Shown here in pieces: positions 51,639-64,000 of a DNA stretch of 64,000 nucleotides. Under the pieces are notes generated by a model that was not told the DNA's origin, made no database searches, and worked only from the letters and a program-made list of their open reading frames with translations. Source of the DNA: Fimicolochytrium jonesii (lineage: Eukaryota); the NCBI RefSeq assembly GCF_025526975.1, contig NW_026515669.1, positions 496,001 through 560,000 on the forward strand, read 5' to 3'. The position numbers and the translations under genes were made by a program. Each line of letters starts with the position of its first letter. The stretch's first letter is position 1.

Positions 51639-54600
51639 ATGGTCGCCACACCAAGCAACAATGTGAGCCCGAATGGCTCGAAGCAGGGCTCTATGACGGA
51701 GATCATCTCGACAATGATGTCCTCCCATGATCTGCTGGAGTCGAAGCACACACCTGACGCTATCGACTTCAACAAACCTCTCAGGGTACGCGTAACGTTA
51801 GGCGGAAGGTCTTACTTGATAACCGCGGCTGGCCTGTTTCGCGTGACTTGCCCCCGTCTCACTAGAGTTTCTCCCACAGGAAGACATTATGCTACTCTCG
51901 GACCTTCTGCTTTCGACGATAAGAGATCACTCGGGAGTGGCAGGAGGAGTTCCGGACCATCTTGCTGCTATCGTGGATGAGCTGCTCCTCGCATCTCGAG
52001 ACTATGGCGAATCACCCTCCGAGCAGACTTTCCAGACCATGGTGTCTATCGTAAAGAGGATTGAAACACCTTCAGTTCATCTGGAAATTGCGCGTGTCTT
52101 CCACGAGTTCTTGACGCTGGCCGACATTGCTGAACGTCAACATCGTGTCAGGCGTTGGCGTGGATACAGGAGAGGCGAGTCGTCCCTGTCGTACAGGCAG
52201 ACTTGTCGCGACGCCTTTCAGCTTCTCCAGGAACGAGGATTCAAGCCAGCGCAGATCCGCGACACGCTGGCGAAGCAGAACGTCGATTTGGTGCTGACTG
52301 CTCACCCTACCCAAGCTGCGAGGCGGACATTATTGGACAAGTATTTCCACATCGCAAACTGTCTGGCTACTCGTGATAAGACGATCATGACGCCTCAAGA
52401 AGAGGAGGAGAACCGTGATGCCATCCGAGCCGACATTTTGGCTGCCTGGCGCACAAACACTGTTCGACGCATCAAACCCACCCCTGATGATGAGGCCCGT
52501 AACGGGTTGATGGTGATCGAAAACACCATCTGGGCATGCCTGCCAAACTTCATGGCCACCGTCGACCACGCGCTGGCGGAGATTGGACAACCACCTCTCC
52601 CGGTCGACAGCAATCTGATTACATTCGGAAGCTGGATCGGAGGTGACCGAGACGGCAACCCGTTCGTCACATCGGAAGTCACTCGCGAAGTCATCAAACT
52701 CTGCAGATGGCGCGCGGCGACTCTCATCTACACGGAAGTCGACAAGCTCATGTTTGATCTCTCCATGACCGTCTGTAGCCCCGAACTCGCAGCGGTCGTA
52801 GCAGAGATCCCCAACGAAACAATCGTCGCCTCATCCCGAAAGACCAATTTGACGTTTTCGCGAGGAAATATCCCGCGAGACGAGCCGTACCGTGTGCTGC
52901 TCTCTGTCTTGCGTGACAGGGCAAAGATCACCGAGGAATACCTGCAAGGTGCTGTTGGCGTCGAGAACCCGCCGCCGCCGCCGCGCGGATTTATTCGCGA
53001 GGCGAAGGAGATCCTTGAGCCTTTGATTTTGTGTTACAACAGTCTGGTGGCTTGTGGTGATGGACTCGTTGCGAACGGCCGTCTGAAGTCTCTCGCCAGG
53101 AGGATCTCGACCTTTGGTCTCACGCTTGTCAAACTTGACATTCGACAGGAGTCTGACCGTCACGCTGAGGTTGTCGATGCGATCACGCAATACCTGGGTC
53201 TGGGCTCATACGCTGAATGGACCGAAGAGAAGAAGCAGGAGTGGTTGATTGAAGGTACGAGTTACCTGTGAGCACCTCACAGTTTTCATTGCTCAATGTC
53301 CTACGTCCCCCCAACAGAGCTCAGAGGCCGTCGTCCATTGATCCCCGGAGACTGGCCACAGAACTCCCCAGATGTCCCCGACTCTGTCAAGGAGGTCGTC
53401 GCTACCTTCCGCATGCTTGCAACAGTCGGGTCGGATGCGCTCGGTGCCTACGTGATTTCGATGGCACGCGTGCCGTCTGACATCCTGGCCGTTGCGCTGT
53501 TGCAGAAGACCGCTGGGGTTGTGACGCCCATGCGAGTCGCACCGCTCTTTGAAACAAAGGCCGATTTGGAGGCTGCTCCACAGACTATCGACCGGTTGCT
53601 GTCTGTACCTTACTACCGGTCCTCCATTCACGATCAGCAAGAAGTCATGCTTGGGTATTCCGATTCTGCCAAAGACGGATCCAGGCTGACGTCTGTATGC
53701 TGCCTGTACACCGCACAAGAAGAGCTAGTAAGGACGTGCGACAAATACGGCGTGCGCCTCACCCTCTTCCACGGTCGTGGTGGTAGTGTCGGCCGTGGAG
53801 GCGGACCCCAGCATCTTGCCATTCTGTCGCAACCCTCCGGCACCGTGCAAGGCCGCATGCGCATTACCATCCAGGGAGAGATTATCGACCACCACTTTGG
53901 ACACACTGGCACGGCCGAGCAGACCCTGGAGCGATACACGACCGCCACGCTGATCTCGACTCTCGCACCCCCACCCCCACCCAAACCCGCATGGCGCGAT
54001 CTCCTCCAACACATGTCCGACATCTCCTGCGACTACTACCGCAAGATTGTCCGCGACACCCCCGAATTCACACCCTACTTCCGCACCGCCACGCCCATCA
54101 CCGATATCGGATCCATGAACATCGGGTCTCGACCTTCGAAGCGTAAAGCCACGGGAGGCATCGACACCCTGCGTGCGATCCCGTGGATCTTTGCGTTCAC
54201 GCAGACGAGGCTGCATTTGCCCGTGTGGTTGGGGATTGATGAGGCGATTGAGGTTGCGGTTAAGGAAGGGCATTTGGACACGTTGAGGGAGATGTACCAG
54301 GAGTGGCCGTTCTTCAAGAGTACGCTGGACCTTATTGCTATGACGTTGGCTAAGGCTGACCCGAGGATCTCAGGTATGTTGATAATACGACTCCCACTGT
54401 CTCTCATCCTAGTTGCTAACGCACAACCTCCCCTATACAGAATACTACGAAAAATCCCTGGCCCCCGCCCCCGAACTCCAGTCCCTCGGCGTCCTCCTCC
54501 GCGACCGTCTCCGCAAATGCATCGACTCGATCCTAAGTGTCTCCGGCTATGACCATCTCCTAGCCTCCGACCCCGTCGTCCGCCGTGCCGTCGAAGCGCG

Positions 54601-54831
54601 TATCCCCTTCACCGACCCGATCAACCTGCTGCAAGTTGAGGCACTGCGGCGTTTGAGGGAGGAGGAGGACAAGGGGGTTGAGGAGAGTTTGGTGTTGAGG
54701 GATTTGATGAGTGTTACTATTCAGGGGATTGCTATGGTATGTTTTTGTGTGGGACGTTTCTTGTTGCGCGATGCAGCTGCTTGACTTATGTTTTTGTTCG
54801 CGGGTTATAGGGAATGGGTAACACAGGATAG
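51639..54831 (+). CDS. ppc: Phosphoenolpyruvate carboxylase; introns 51786-51879, 53255-53317, 54374-54440, 54737-54810
   Basis: VLTAHPTQ, GSWIGGDRDGNP, LDIRQES, QEVMLGYSDSAKD, FHGRGGSVGRGGGP, MNIGSRPSKRK, LRAIPWIFA, C-terminal GIAMGMGNTG*. All four GT-AG introns restore the frame. Confidence 0.97.
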
Positions 54832-55279
54832 ATTGGGCGACTCCGAAGATCACAATCATGTCGCGGCACACACTTGCTTACTTTTCTGGACGGTAGAATA
54901 TTGATGCTTACTTCTTTGTTCGTCAATGTCTGCACTTTGAACATGCGGCGACTTCTGATGTGGCGTACTTCATCCGAATTGCCCCTCTTCTCGCACTTTC
55001 CCCTTCTCATGGTTGCCATCAGGAAACCCTGTACATTACATTGAAAAACACTCAACGCATAACCCTCAATCAGCCGCGTCTACTAGTGGAAGTAAGTGGG
55101 TCGTGACGAATGAAGCTTTCCATGTACATTCCGAGGCGTTACGACACACGCCTGAAATCGGACAAACAGAGCAATCGGCCTACCGATCTAGACTATACAG
55201 ATTCCAACCGTAAATGCCACCCCACCTCCCATACGTTCCAAAAACTATCTAGGGTGACCAATCATAATACGCAAACCCT

Positions 55280-56947
55280 TTACAATGCCGCATCCCTAAC
55301 CATCCGCCTCCAATCATCCGCAAATTGATCAATCGACGCGCCATTCGACAGATCGACGGCGTCGCGCGGGAGGCGGTTCATGCTGTAGGCTGGGTGGGCA
55401 GATTGGATGGTTAAGGAGGGGGAGGGGATTATGCGGAATGGGGGTGATGTTGGGGGTGATGGGAGGTCTGCGTCTGAAGTTGATTGTGTTGGTGCTGGTG
55501 GGAGAGAATGTGAGAGCTCTGTTCAAACGGGACAAACGGGATACGGGAAATGATTGATGGGGGAGGACTTACCGTTGAGGATCTCGGGCCACGAGAACAG
55601 GAGGGAGTCGGTGGTTGGGCTGAACGGATTAAAGTCTAGTAGCCAGACTTTGCGGTTGTGCTGGTTGATATATACGTCGAACACATCTGGAAGAACGGGA
55701 CGTCAAGTCAATGATCACAAGGTGCATGTGTATCACCCCGAAGTGGGATGGTAGGCCTTACAACTTGGGTCCGGGAACCTGCCACGGATCTTGTCGCGGA
55801 AGAATGTACGTATCGATCCGGCGAGCTCTTCGCCTTCGTCCACAAGGAATTTGTAATAGTTGGCGGTGTCTCGTTGGCTTATGCCTGAGAGAGAAAGCAA
55901 AGTGAACGGTTCAGCATGCTTTCTCATAATCCTAGGGCATCAGAAAACAGCTCCTTACCGACGAGCTGATCATCCTTCACAAAGCACCTGAACTCCATCG
56001 ACGGAAGTAGCTCGTACCACTTCCGTAAAATGAGGTCGAATTGCTCCGGTCCAGCTATCCCGGCCTCGTCATCCGCCTCCTCTGGTTGTCCGGCAGTGGT
56101 GTCCGTCACGCATCCTTCGAATGCGTGACCCAGATCATGCGCTACAAAATCGCTACTCTTGAGCAACAGGAAGACGTCGGCGGGTGACGTGCATTTCAGC
56201 GTGGAGCCCGTTGCTACCCAGCAGGCGTCCTAATGACCCAAAACGCATGGTGAGCTCTTCGGTATTCATCGGCGGAGTAAGTGCCCAACCCTCCGGCTGA
56301 ATGACCGCGTCTAGTGCCCACCTTAGGCGAACTCCAATTCAGCTTCGGAAACACAGCCCCAAACTCCGCAATGACATCCTCTATCCTCTGCTGAAGCTCT
56401 GGAAACGACGGCAAATCGTCGTCCTCATCTTCATCCGCACCCTTCTCCTCCCCAACATATGTATCGTCCGTCAAAGCAGCGTCGTCCAGGCGCAATTTGC
56501 TGAGAATGTCCTGCTTCCACGTGTCTTCTGCGGTATCTGCTGGCAGTTCAGTGATGCCCGATTTTCCCGCCTGCGCCTCGTCCTCGTCCTCGTCGCTTGA
56601 CCAGCCGTATTGGTGACGTCCATTGCTTCAAGGAATGTAGGAAGTTAGGCTGTGCATACACGGAGAAAGCGATTTGTCACATCAGCCACTCACCCGTCCA
56701 ACGGCAGGAACACCCCGTCCGCATTCAGATACGTTACAAAGTCCTCGGAGAGCGGTATCACAACGCTCTTCAGGGTGCAGGACCGGAAGGTTGGGTGCCA
56801 TGCCGAGAACGAGCAATTTTGGACATGCTGCACCGTCACTGGAGGGAAGTTGAATGACTCGCCGGCGGTGCTTGAAGTTGCTCCCGACATATCGGAGTCG
56901 TTGCTGCGGCCTTCCGGGGGCGCTGGTCCCGATAGGGGTACTGCCAT
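55280..56947 (-). CDS. CDC123: Cdc123/D123 eIF2 assembly factor, multi-exon
   Basis: NCSFSAW.P.F, FVTYLNADGVFLP, VFPKLNWSSPK/DACW, LLKSSDFVAHDL, LRKWY...PSMEFRCFVK, DFNPF. Confidence 0.96.
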
Positions 56948-57198
56948 GTAGGTATATATGCACCTTCTGTGCTTGGGAGGAAGACAGCTGTCAGGAGCCT
57001 TCTTCTGGGAAATGCTTCCCGACTTTTGAAGTTCAGGAAGTTGGGGCGGAGGACGCGTTTGCCTCTTTTGCCTCTTCCCACACAGCTCTCACGAGAGTCG
57101 CTTTTTCTCACCACCAACTAACTTACGGGCTTCGACCTGGAATCATCGTCTGCCTTGGGACCACCGTCTGCACAGCTGATACTCCGTAACTATCCAAG

Positions 57199-57726
57199 AT
57201 GTCTGCTACCCCCGCCCTCCCTCACAACGTGTAAGTCCTCTCACAGCAATCGCCCAAATCTTCCGAGCTTTACTGATCTCCCATCCCTCGCAGAACCTTA
57301 ACGGTCCCCTTTCCATCGACCCACCTAGCGTCCATTGCTCAAAAGGTCCTCTCCGTCGACCGGGAACTGAAACCAAACGAATGTCGCAAGGCATTTACTG
57401 TGCGCGAAGGGAACTCACCGGACTCGCAGGCCGAACTTATCGTGTACGTACGTCGGTTGGGAAGGTTTTTGGAAGGCTTTGCTTGCATGCAGGGGATGCC
57501 TTGCCGAGATGGGAGTGGGACTTGTCATGTCATGAAAGGATCCAGATCCTGTTGACATTACCTTATCAATACACTCAACCTCTCAATTTTCGTGATCTTC
57601 GCGGACAGAACGATTGACGCAATATCAGCCAGGGTATTACGAACATCGGTATCGAGTATCTTTGACTTTTTGGCGCTGGTCGTAGAGACTATGGAGGCGT
57701 TCGGAGACCAGGATGCGAGCGTATGA
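57199..57726 (+). CDS. PCC1: KEOPS/EKC subunit Pcc1 (LAGE3 family), 3 exons (57199-57230, 57294-57443, 57609-57726); not in the ORF track
   Basis: Spliced MSATPALPHNVTLTVPFPSTHLASIAQKVLSVDRELKP...LIVTIDAISARVLRTSVSSIFDFLALVVETMEAFG, with canonical GT-AG introns. Confidence 0.9.
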
Positions 57727-57945
57727 CGCGATGGTGACTTTGAAGGAGGCGAATATGAGAGGGGTCCCTGGGTTTCATGACGGAGACTGGGAAAAGCGAT
57801 CTTTCAGATCATTGGTTCGGGGGCAGACATTGCACGGCGTAGGATGTAGAATCATTTTGCATCGGACGAACTGACAGCGTCACTCGGGGATGTGGTTACG
57901 TTACGCCGAAATGTCTGCGCCGATGGGCCTCAGCTATGGATCTCT

Positions 57946-59826
57946 CTATGGCCACGAAAAGTATCTAGCAAACCACCAGCCCACGATGGCTAGAACTACA
58001 GCCGACGCTAGCAACCGAAACATAAGAGCCTGCCACGTCCCCTCCGCCTCCGAATTTCTGCTACGCAGCATCTCTCCAATGACCGCCTCCAGTTTATCAA
58101 TGAACGCCTCCGACGAAAACGTTCCCTCCACTCTCCGCCTCCCCATCCCACCCATCCTCTTCCCTTCAACCCCACCATCCTTCACGATCCTCGTTATCGC
58201 CTCGGCAAACGCCTCTGGATCGCCATCCCGCAGAAATCCCGTTACGCCTTCCACCACAGTCTCCAAAGGCCCACCAGAGTTGACCGCGATGACCGGTAGC
58301 GAGGCGTACATGGCCTCCAGGGGAACGATCCCGAAATGCTCGTTGCTGGGGGTGTAGAGAAGGACTTGGGAGGTGGCGAGGAGATGGGTGCGCTGGGATT
58401 CGGTGAAGGAGGGGAGAAAGACGACTTGAGTTGATGGCGGGATGTTCCGGGCTTCTGTGGAGTAGGTATGGGTGGAGAGATTGAGCCCTTGCGCGAGGGA
58501 GGAGAGTTCGGTGAGGTATTCAACGTTCTCCGTGACGCGCGAATCGTAGCCGCCTGTAGATTATAGATGATACCCAGCGAGGCAAATCAGATAAATTCGG
58601 CGTGAGACGATTCACCTACCATGACATGACATACCTGCGATAACTAGCCGTAGCGACTCGAATTGCGCGTCTTCTTTGCTTCTGAGTGCGTGAAATGCGT
58701 GTATCGCCAGCTCAATGTTTTTCTTCCGTTCGAACCGATTGATAGACAATATTGTCTTTTTGTCACTATCAGCGAGTCCACAGCTTGCTCAGTCTCCAGA
58801 CTAAAGTCCCCAGCACCCCGTTTTCAATTCGAGCCTCCGCCACACCCACCTGACCAGTTCGGCGACACCCTCACTCTTCTCATCCACCTCCCCACGATAC
58901 GACTTCAGGTGTATCCCCGGATACACCACATCCGGCTCCGACTTGATATTCGGAAACGCATGCCGGAAGATGTTTGCTGTGAATTTACTGTTCACGACAA
59001 TCTTATCCGCCATTTCTGAGAGACCACTGGATTAGATGGGCTGCCTTTGAGTTTATGCGTCCGATTGGGGTTCACACGATTTGAGTGTCGAATACATACT
59101 GGTTGTAAGCTCTTCGAGCATATCGACGGGGAGTCGGTAAAGGGTTTTGAGGAGCGATTCACGTTTGGTTAGAAGCTTGTCCGGGAAATGGCAGTAGAAG
59201 AGAATCTAACAGAAGCGGATGAAGGTCAGTTTTGCCCAGCTGGGCCCATCGTCCAGCTTCCTTCCCCAACGCGATAGAACCAGCAGCCTTCACAGGGCCC
59301 GCGACCCACCTTTGCCCCGGAGAATCTCAATAGTGGTACAGAAATTGATAACTGATCCACCACCAACACATCAAAGTTTTCTCTCCCCATAAGTCCCGCC
59401 GTCAGCAAGCTCGCCGACAACAGCAAGTTGCGGAGAATCGCAAACAGGATGTATGCCTTGCCCAGTATGCTGCGGGGCAGCCAATCGCCTATCACGGATA
59501 CATCCAGAGTGCCTGATGGACGCCCTGCCGTTAGCTAAATGTTGAAAGTAAAAGGACAGGAGGCTGACCTACTATCCCGCGTTTCCTGGAAGCAATGAGA
59601 GGGATCGTGATGCGACGTGAAGACTTTTACGCTATGTCCATGGGACTGCAGACCTACGGCGGCGTCCACGACTAAACGCTCTGCTCCTCCTTCGGACGAC
59701 AAGGGGACGGACTGGGCGTAAGACAAATGGTCGAGGAAAACGAGGAAGAAGGAAAGGTTCCGCACCTATACCCAAATCGGGATGAATGAACGCAATGCGG
59801 AGCGGCGTGAGGGTATTGGAGGCCAT
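57946..59826 (-). CDS. ALG2: Alpha-1,3/1,6-mannosyltransferase Alg2, multi-exon
   Basis: [74 protein letters not shown]. Confidence 0.97.
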
Positions 59827-60098
59827 GGCTCCAGTAGCTGGCCGTTACGGGCGCAAGCGGTGCCTGTGTTACTTGCAACACTCCCACGAGCAGCGGTAAA
59901 TGGCCTGCTGGTTGGAGCGAGATTGGAACGCGTGGGGAGTTTTTTGAACGAGGAAGCCTGAAAGCTCTTGCCATCGACCCTTTTGACTCGCTTATATACG
60001 TACCATAGTGTTAGATCGTCGGTCTGCATTGCTTGTACATACTATCGCACTTTGGCAGGGAAAGATATACAGCTCCTGCACAGGTCCGCACTTCAATT

Positions 60099-62317
60099 AT
60101 GTATTACGACAAGAACAAGGCCACAAAGGGGCCAGTGAATGTTGTCCCAGAGTTCCAGGTAAAAATGGTGCGGTCCTACATTTGTGCTACTCAGCAACGT
60201 ATTAACGACCTTTTACAGGCGGTCATCCTGGCCGGGCGACCGAGGGATTGGGGAGGGTATGAGTCTTTAGACGGACTGGTTCTTTCGGGGCGACCTAGCG
60301 GGGACTGACTTGCGAGATGTTCACCTTCAACAGTCTCGACTGCTTGACCGATGACAACAATACGAAAGGGGAGCATAAGGTGCCCAAAGCTATTCTACCT
60401 GTTGCAGGAAAGCCCATGATACACTACCAGATGGAATGGTTGGAGGCTGCGCGAGCTCAAGGTACGCTGGGCAAAGCCGTGGGGGATACGGGACGGTTAG
60501 GTTAGGATGTCTGGGAGCTTACCGATGTTCGCCGTCGCAGATGTGCTTGTCGTTTGTCCACCTGGCTCCAAGATGGAGATCCAAGCACAGCTGCTGAAGT
60601 ATGGCGTTACCCCGTTGAAGTGGAAAGTAAAGGAAACCAAGCATGGGGAGGGCACGGCTGATGCATTGCGACACGTTCATGAAGAGATCAAGGTAGGTCT
60701 ACAGCCGGACCGTTCATCGACATCGGAGGGAATGGTATCCTTATGGGTGTTCTCCACAGACGGACTTCATTGTGATGGCTTGCGACGTTATAACGGATGT
60801 GTCGCCACATCACTTAATAGACTTACATCGAATTCACAACCCCGCCGTCACAACGCTGTTCTATGACAACTCGAAGCTGGACGCAAACTTGGAGCGACCT
60901 GCGAAAAAGGATGGTATGGAACGGCATTGGTCGATGGGAAACTCCGCTGACGCCAATCTGACTGTAATTGCGCTTCTAGCATACGCTCAATACGTCGGCA
61001 TCGACGCTGGGAAAGGGCGACTTGTGTATACAAAACAACAAGAGGACGTCGGCGACTTCTTGCAGCTAAGAACACCAATGCTCAGAAAGTAAGCCAGATA
61101 TCGCTACTGGTGCCTCTGACCCGACTTCTTTCGAGACTGACTTCTTTGGTCCATCTTCAGATTCCCCAAACTGAGTATCCACACAAACCTCCGCGACGCA
61201 CATGTATACATCTTCAAACGGTGGGTCCTGGAAGTCGTCGTCGCCGACCCATCGATATCCAGCATACGCAAAGATCTGCTGCGGGTGCTGCTGCAGTGCC
61301 AGTTCAGCGAGAACGCGAGGCAGAAGTACGGGGTAGCTACATGTAAGTTGCGACCATTTTTGTAAAGACCTTGACAGTCGAGGGTCTCTAAGATACTAAC
61401 ATGGCATCCGAACCCCAGTGAAAGAGAAAGGCATCCCGTTTGAAGAAGCCTCCCTGGCATCGAGCGCGAATAGCGATGATGTGGAAACACGTAAGTATAA
61501 GTATCGCCACATTTCAGGGGGTATGGGCCTCCCTTGACCAATGCTGGCACGCTTCGTTTTCAGTACTCAAATGTGCAACCGAAAGGGTGCAAAAGAAAGG
61601 GGAAAAAACGCGCGACTTGCCGCCTCATGCCCTTGAACCCAAGGGCCATGAAGTTCTCTGTGCCGCCGTGGTGTGCGGTGGCGATGCATTCTGTGCTCGC
61701 GTGAACACACCATGGTCATACGCGGAGGTCAACAGACAGGTTTGTTGACGATGAACATGGTTGAGAATTAGCATATGTTCCTTACCGCCCGTCTCAACAC
61801 AGAAAGCCAAAACGTCTTCAGCGAGCACACCAGTGGACCTCCGGAACAAACAGACGCAGATCGGGTCGGACTCTATTGTCGAATCCAGCGCCATAGGCGA
61901 ACGGTGTAGTATCAAGAAGTCCGTGATTGGGAAGCACTGCGTCATTGGAAAGAATGTCAAAATCACAAACTCGATCATCATGGACCACGTTGTCATCGAA
62001 GACTTGTAAGTTACTATTGAGAAAAGGACGGGCACATTCGCTTCCTCAAGGCTCAAATCTGATCAACAAACTTGCAGCGTGAAACTGGACGGATGCATTG
62101 TCAGTATGAACGCGACGATCTCGGAAAAATCGCAACTGAAGGATTGCGAAGTCGGACCAAATCACACCGTTGAGAAAGAGAGTACGTGCTATGGTCGCTT
62201 TTTCCCCTTAACTTCCCGAACCTCACGCTCACCGGTGTCCGTCTCCTTTTCTTCACAGGCGTACGGACTAGCGAGCAATTATCGCAATCCCATTATCTCG
62301 ATATCGACCAGTCATAA
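60099..62317 (+). CDS. GCD1: Translation initiation factor eIF2B gamma subunit, multi-exon
   Basis: EFQ/AVILAG, PKAILPVAGKPMI, GTADALR, DFIVMACD, LRDAHVYIFKRW, left-handed beta-helix IGERCSIKKSVIGKHC. Confidence 0.93.
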
Positions 62318-62836
62318 TCTTTTGCATAGGCGTAGAGCATCAAAGTAGAAAATCAAACGATAGAATTTGCATAGGCATTGACATCATTATTCTAAGAATC
62401 TGAATGTTACGCACCCCGTCAGAAAACCGCTTCGAGACTTGGCGCCGAGGCCAGCAGATTGGCTACCGTAGCTGTATATGTACAGTAGTTCATTGGTACT
62501 TTCGATTTTTGGCGCTTTGCCGTTGTTGACCATGCACCACCCATTCCATTGTTCTGATAAATGTTTTGATGGGGTGCAAAAAAGGTTGATCGCCCCTGAT
62601 TGGCTATTTTGACAGCGCGGGTCCCGACCGACAGTTCGGATTTTGCGTTTCTCCTGTCAGTTTACTGAACCGTAAGAAACGGACGATGTTGTCGCTGGAG
62701 ATCAATCGGCGTCCGGCAGCCATGCATACGACTGGTCCCTGCTCGGATTGGTGTTTTTCTGCTGCTCGGGCCGTATGCGTAGGAGACCGGGTGCAGATAA
62801 TTGCCCTTTCGCACCGCCCGGTACGTGGACGAGGAT

Positions 62837-62845
62837 TATATAAAA
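62837..62845 (+). promoter_or_regulatory. TATA box (TATATAAAA) upstream of the AA9 gene
   Basis: Consensus element about 90 nt before ATG 62929. Confidence 0.55.
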
Positions 62846-62928
62846 GCTCTTGGTAGGTGTTGACGGCCCCCACAGTGTAACCATTCTCAAGCTTAACCCA
62901 CTCGACTCACCCAAGACAATCTGCAAAG

Positions 62929-64000
62929 ATGAAGACTGCATCAGCTCTTGCCATCCTTTCCCTGGCCGTGTCCTCCGTCGCTGCCCACGGCGCCATCACA
63001 TCCTACGTGATAGACGGCAAACCCTTTCAGGGGTGGAACGGATACGCTCCGACCGGAGCTCCTACCATCCAGCGTCAATGGCCCAGCTATGATCCGATCG
63101 TGGACGTGCTCTCAGAGAAGATGACCTGCAACGGTGGAACCAGCGCTGCGTTGAGCGCGGAGGTCCTGCCTGGCAGCAATGTTACGGCTCAATGGGGACA
63201 GGTGAGTAGGACTTGGCTGCATCTCCACATCTACCGTGAGCAAACCCTTCTGACAGCTTTCTCCTTCGAAATCATAGTGGACACACAGCCCCGGGCCAAT
63301 CACTGTCTACATGTACAAGTGCCCAGCCGACTTCGCCACCTGCGATGGCGAAGACAAGAAATGGTTCAAGATCGAAGAGAAGGGTCTCATCTCCGGCACC
63401 CTCGGCAACGGCCAGTGGGCTCTCGGCGAGATCCAGAACACTCGCACGTGGTCCACCGCCATCCCCGAAGGCCTCGCCCCCGGCAACTACCTCATCCGCC
63501 ACGAGCTTCTCGCCTTGCACGCTACCAACCAGCCCCAGTTCTACCCGGAGTGCGCCCAGCTCAAGGTCGGCGGAACGGGAACTGCCAACCCTGATGCGAG
63601 CTACTTCACGTCCATCCCTGGGTTTGCTCAACCGAATGATCCCAATGTTATGGTGAACTTGTACTCGAACGAAGCTCAGACTATCACCGAGTACAAAATC
63701 ATTGGTCCGCCTGTGTGGAAGCTTGGCGCCGCTCCTGCCCCTTCAGCATCTGCTCCTGCCCCACCTGCCACTACGCCGGTCGCCAGTAGCTCTCCTACCG
63801 CAGAGGTCCCTCTTTCCAGCGCGTACACATACGAGGATGAGTACACCACCACCACGACCAACCCCACGACTGCTACCCCCATCCGAGCTCCGACCGAATC
63901 CACCGACTTGCCTTACTGCGACGAGACCACCACTCCCGCAGCGCCGATTCCCACTGCCGCACCCACCACATCTGCCGCTCCCGCTCCCGCTCCCACCACC
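62929..64000 (+). CDS. AA9 (GH61) lytic polysaccharide monooxygenase, secreted; intron 63202-63277; 3' end beyond the window
   Basis: Signal peptide ending VAA, then His1 (HGAITS), WTHSPGP, WFKI, GNYLIRHELLALH, QFYPECAQ, and a Pro/Thr/Ala linker. Confidence 0.96.

Overview
Gene-dense, intron-rich eukaryotic DNA with about 30 genes in 64 kb, mostly GT-AG introns of 50-120 nt. It is most likely an early-diverging fungus (chytrid-like). This is an inference from the mix of fungal housekeeping genes, genes lost from yeasts (C1orf109-like, neurochondrin, GBP-like) and an AA9 LPMO. Housekeeping genes: XPF/Rad1, Sam50, Rrp8, Sar1, LipB, RPS23, MTAP, Cdc27, GMP synthase, RPA1, heme lyase, Gpi16, Yea4, Mpo1, Cdc123, Pcc1 (absent from the ORF track), Alg2 and eIF2B-gamma. 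Most notable: (1) a complete, 4-intron, plant-type-looking PEP carboxylase, an enzyme classically absent from fungi; (2) a TM-sensor-TM-HAMP receptor with no output domain; (3) a stand-alone gene encoding only the post-PRP21 part of SF3A1; (4) a GBP-like GTPase; (5) a multiply frameshifted bacterial-type uridine-kinase-like pseudogene, plus other bacterial-looking genes; (6) a pervasive C-rich to G-rich compositional sawtooth inside coding exons. No rRNA, tRNA, CRISPR array or transposon was recognised. All assignments come from recalled motifs, not database searches, and exon boundaries were inferred by eye.
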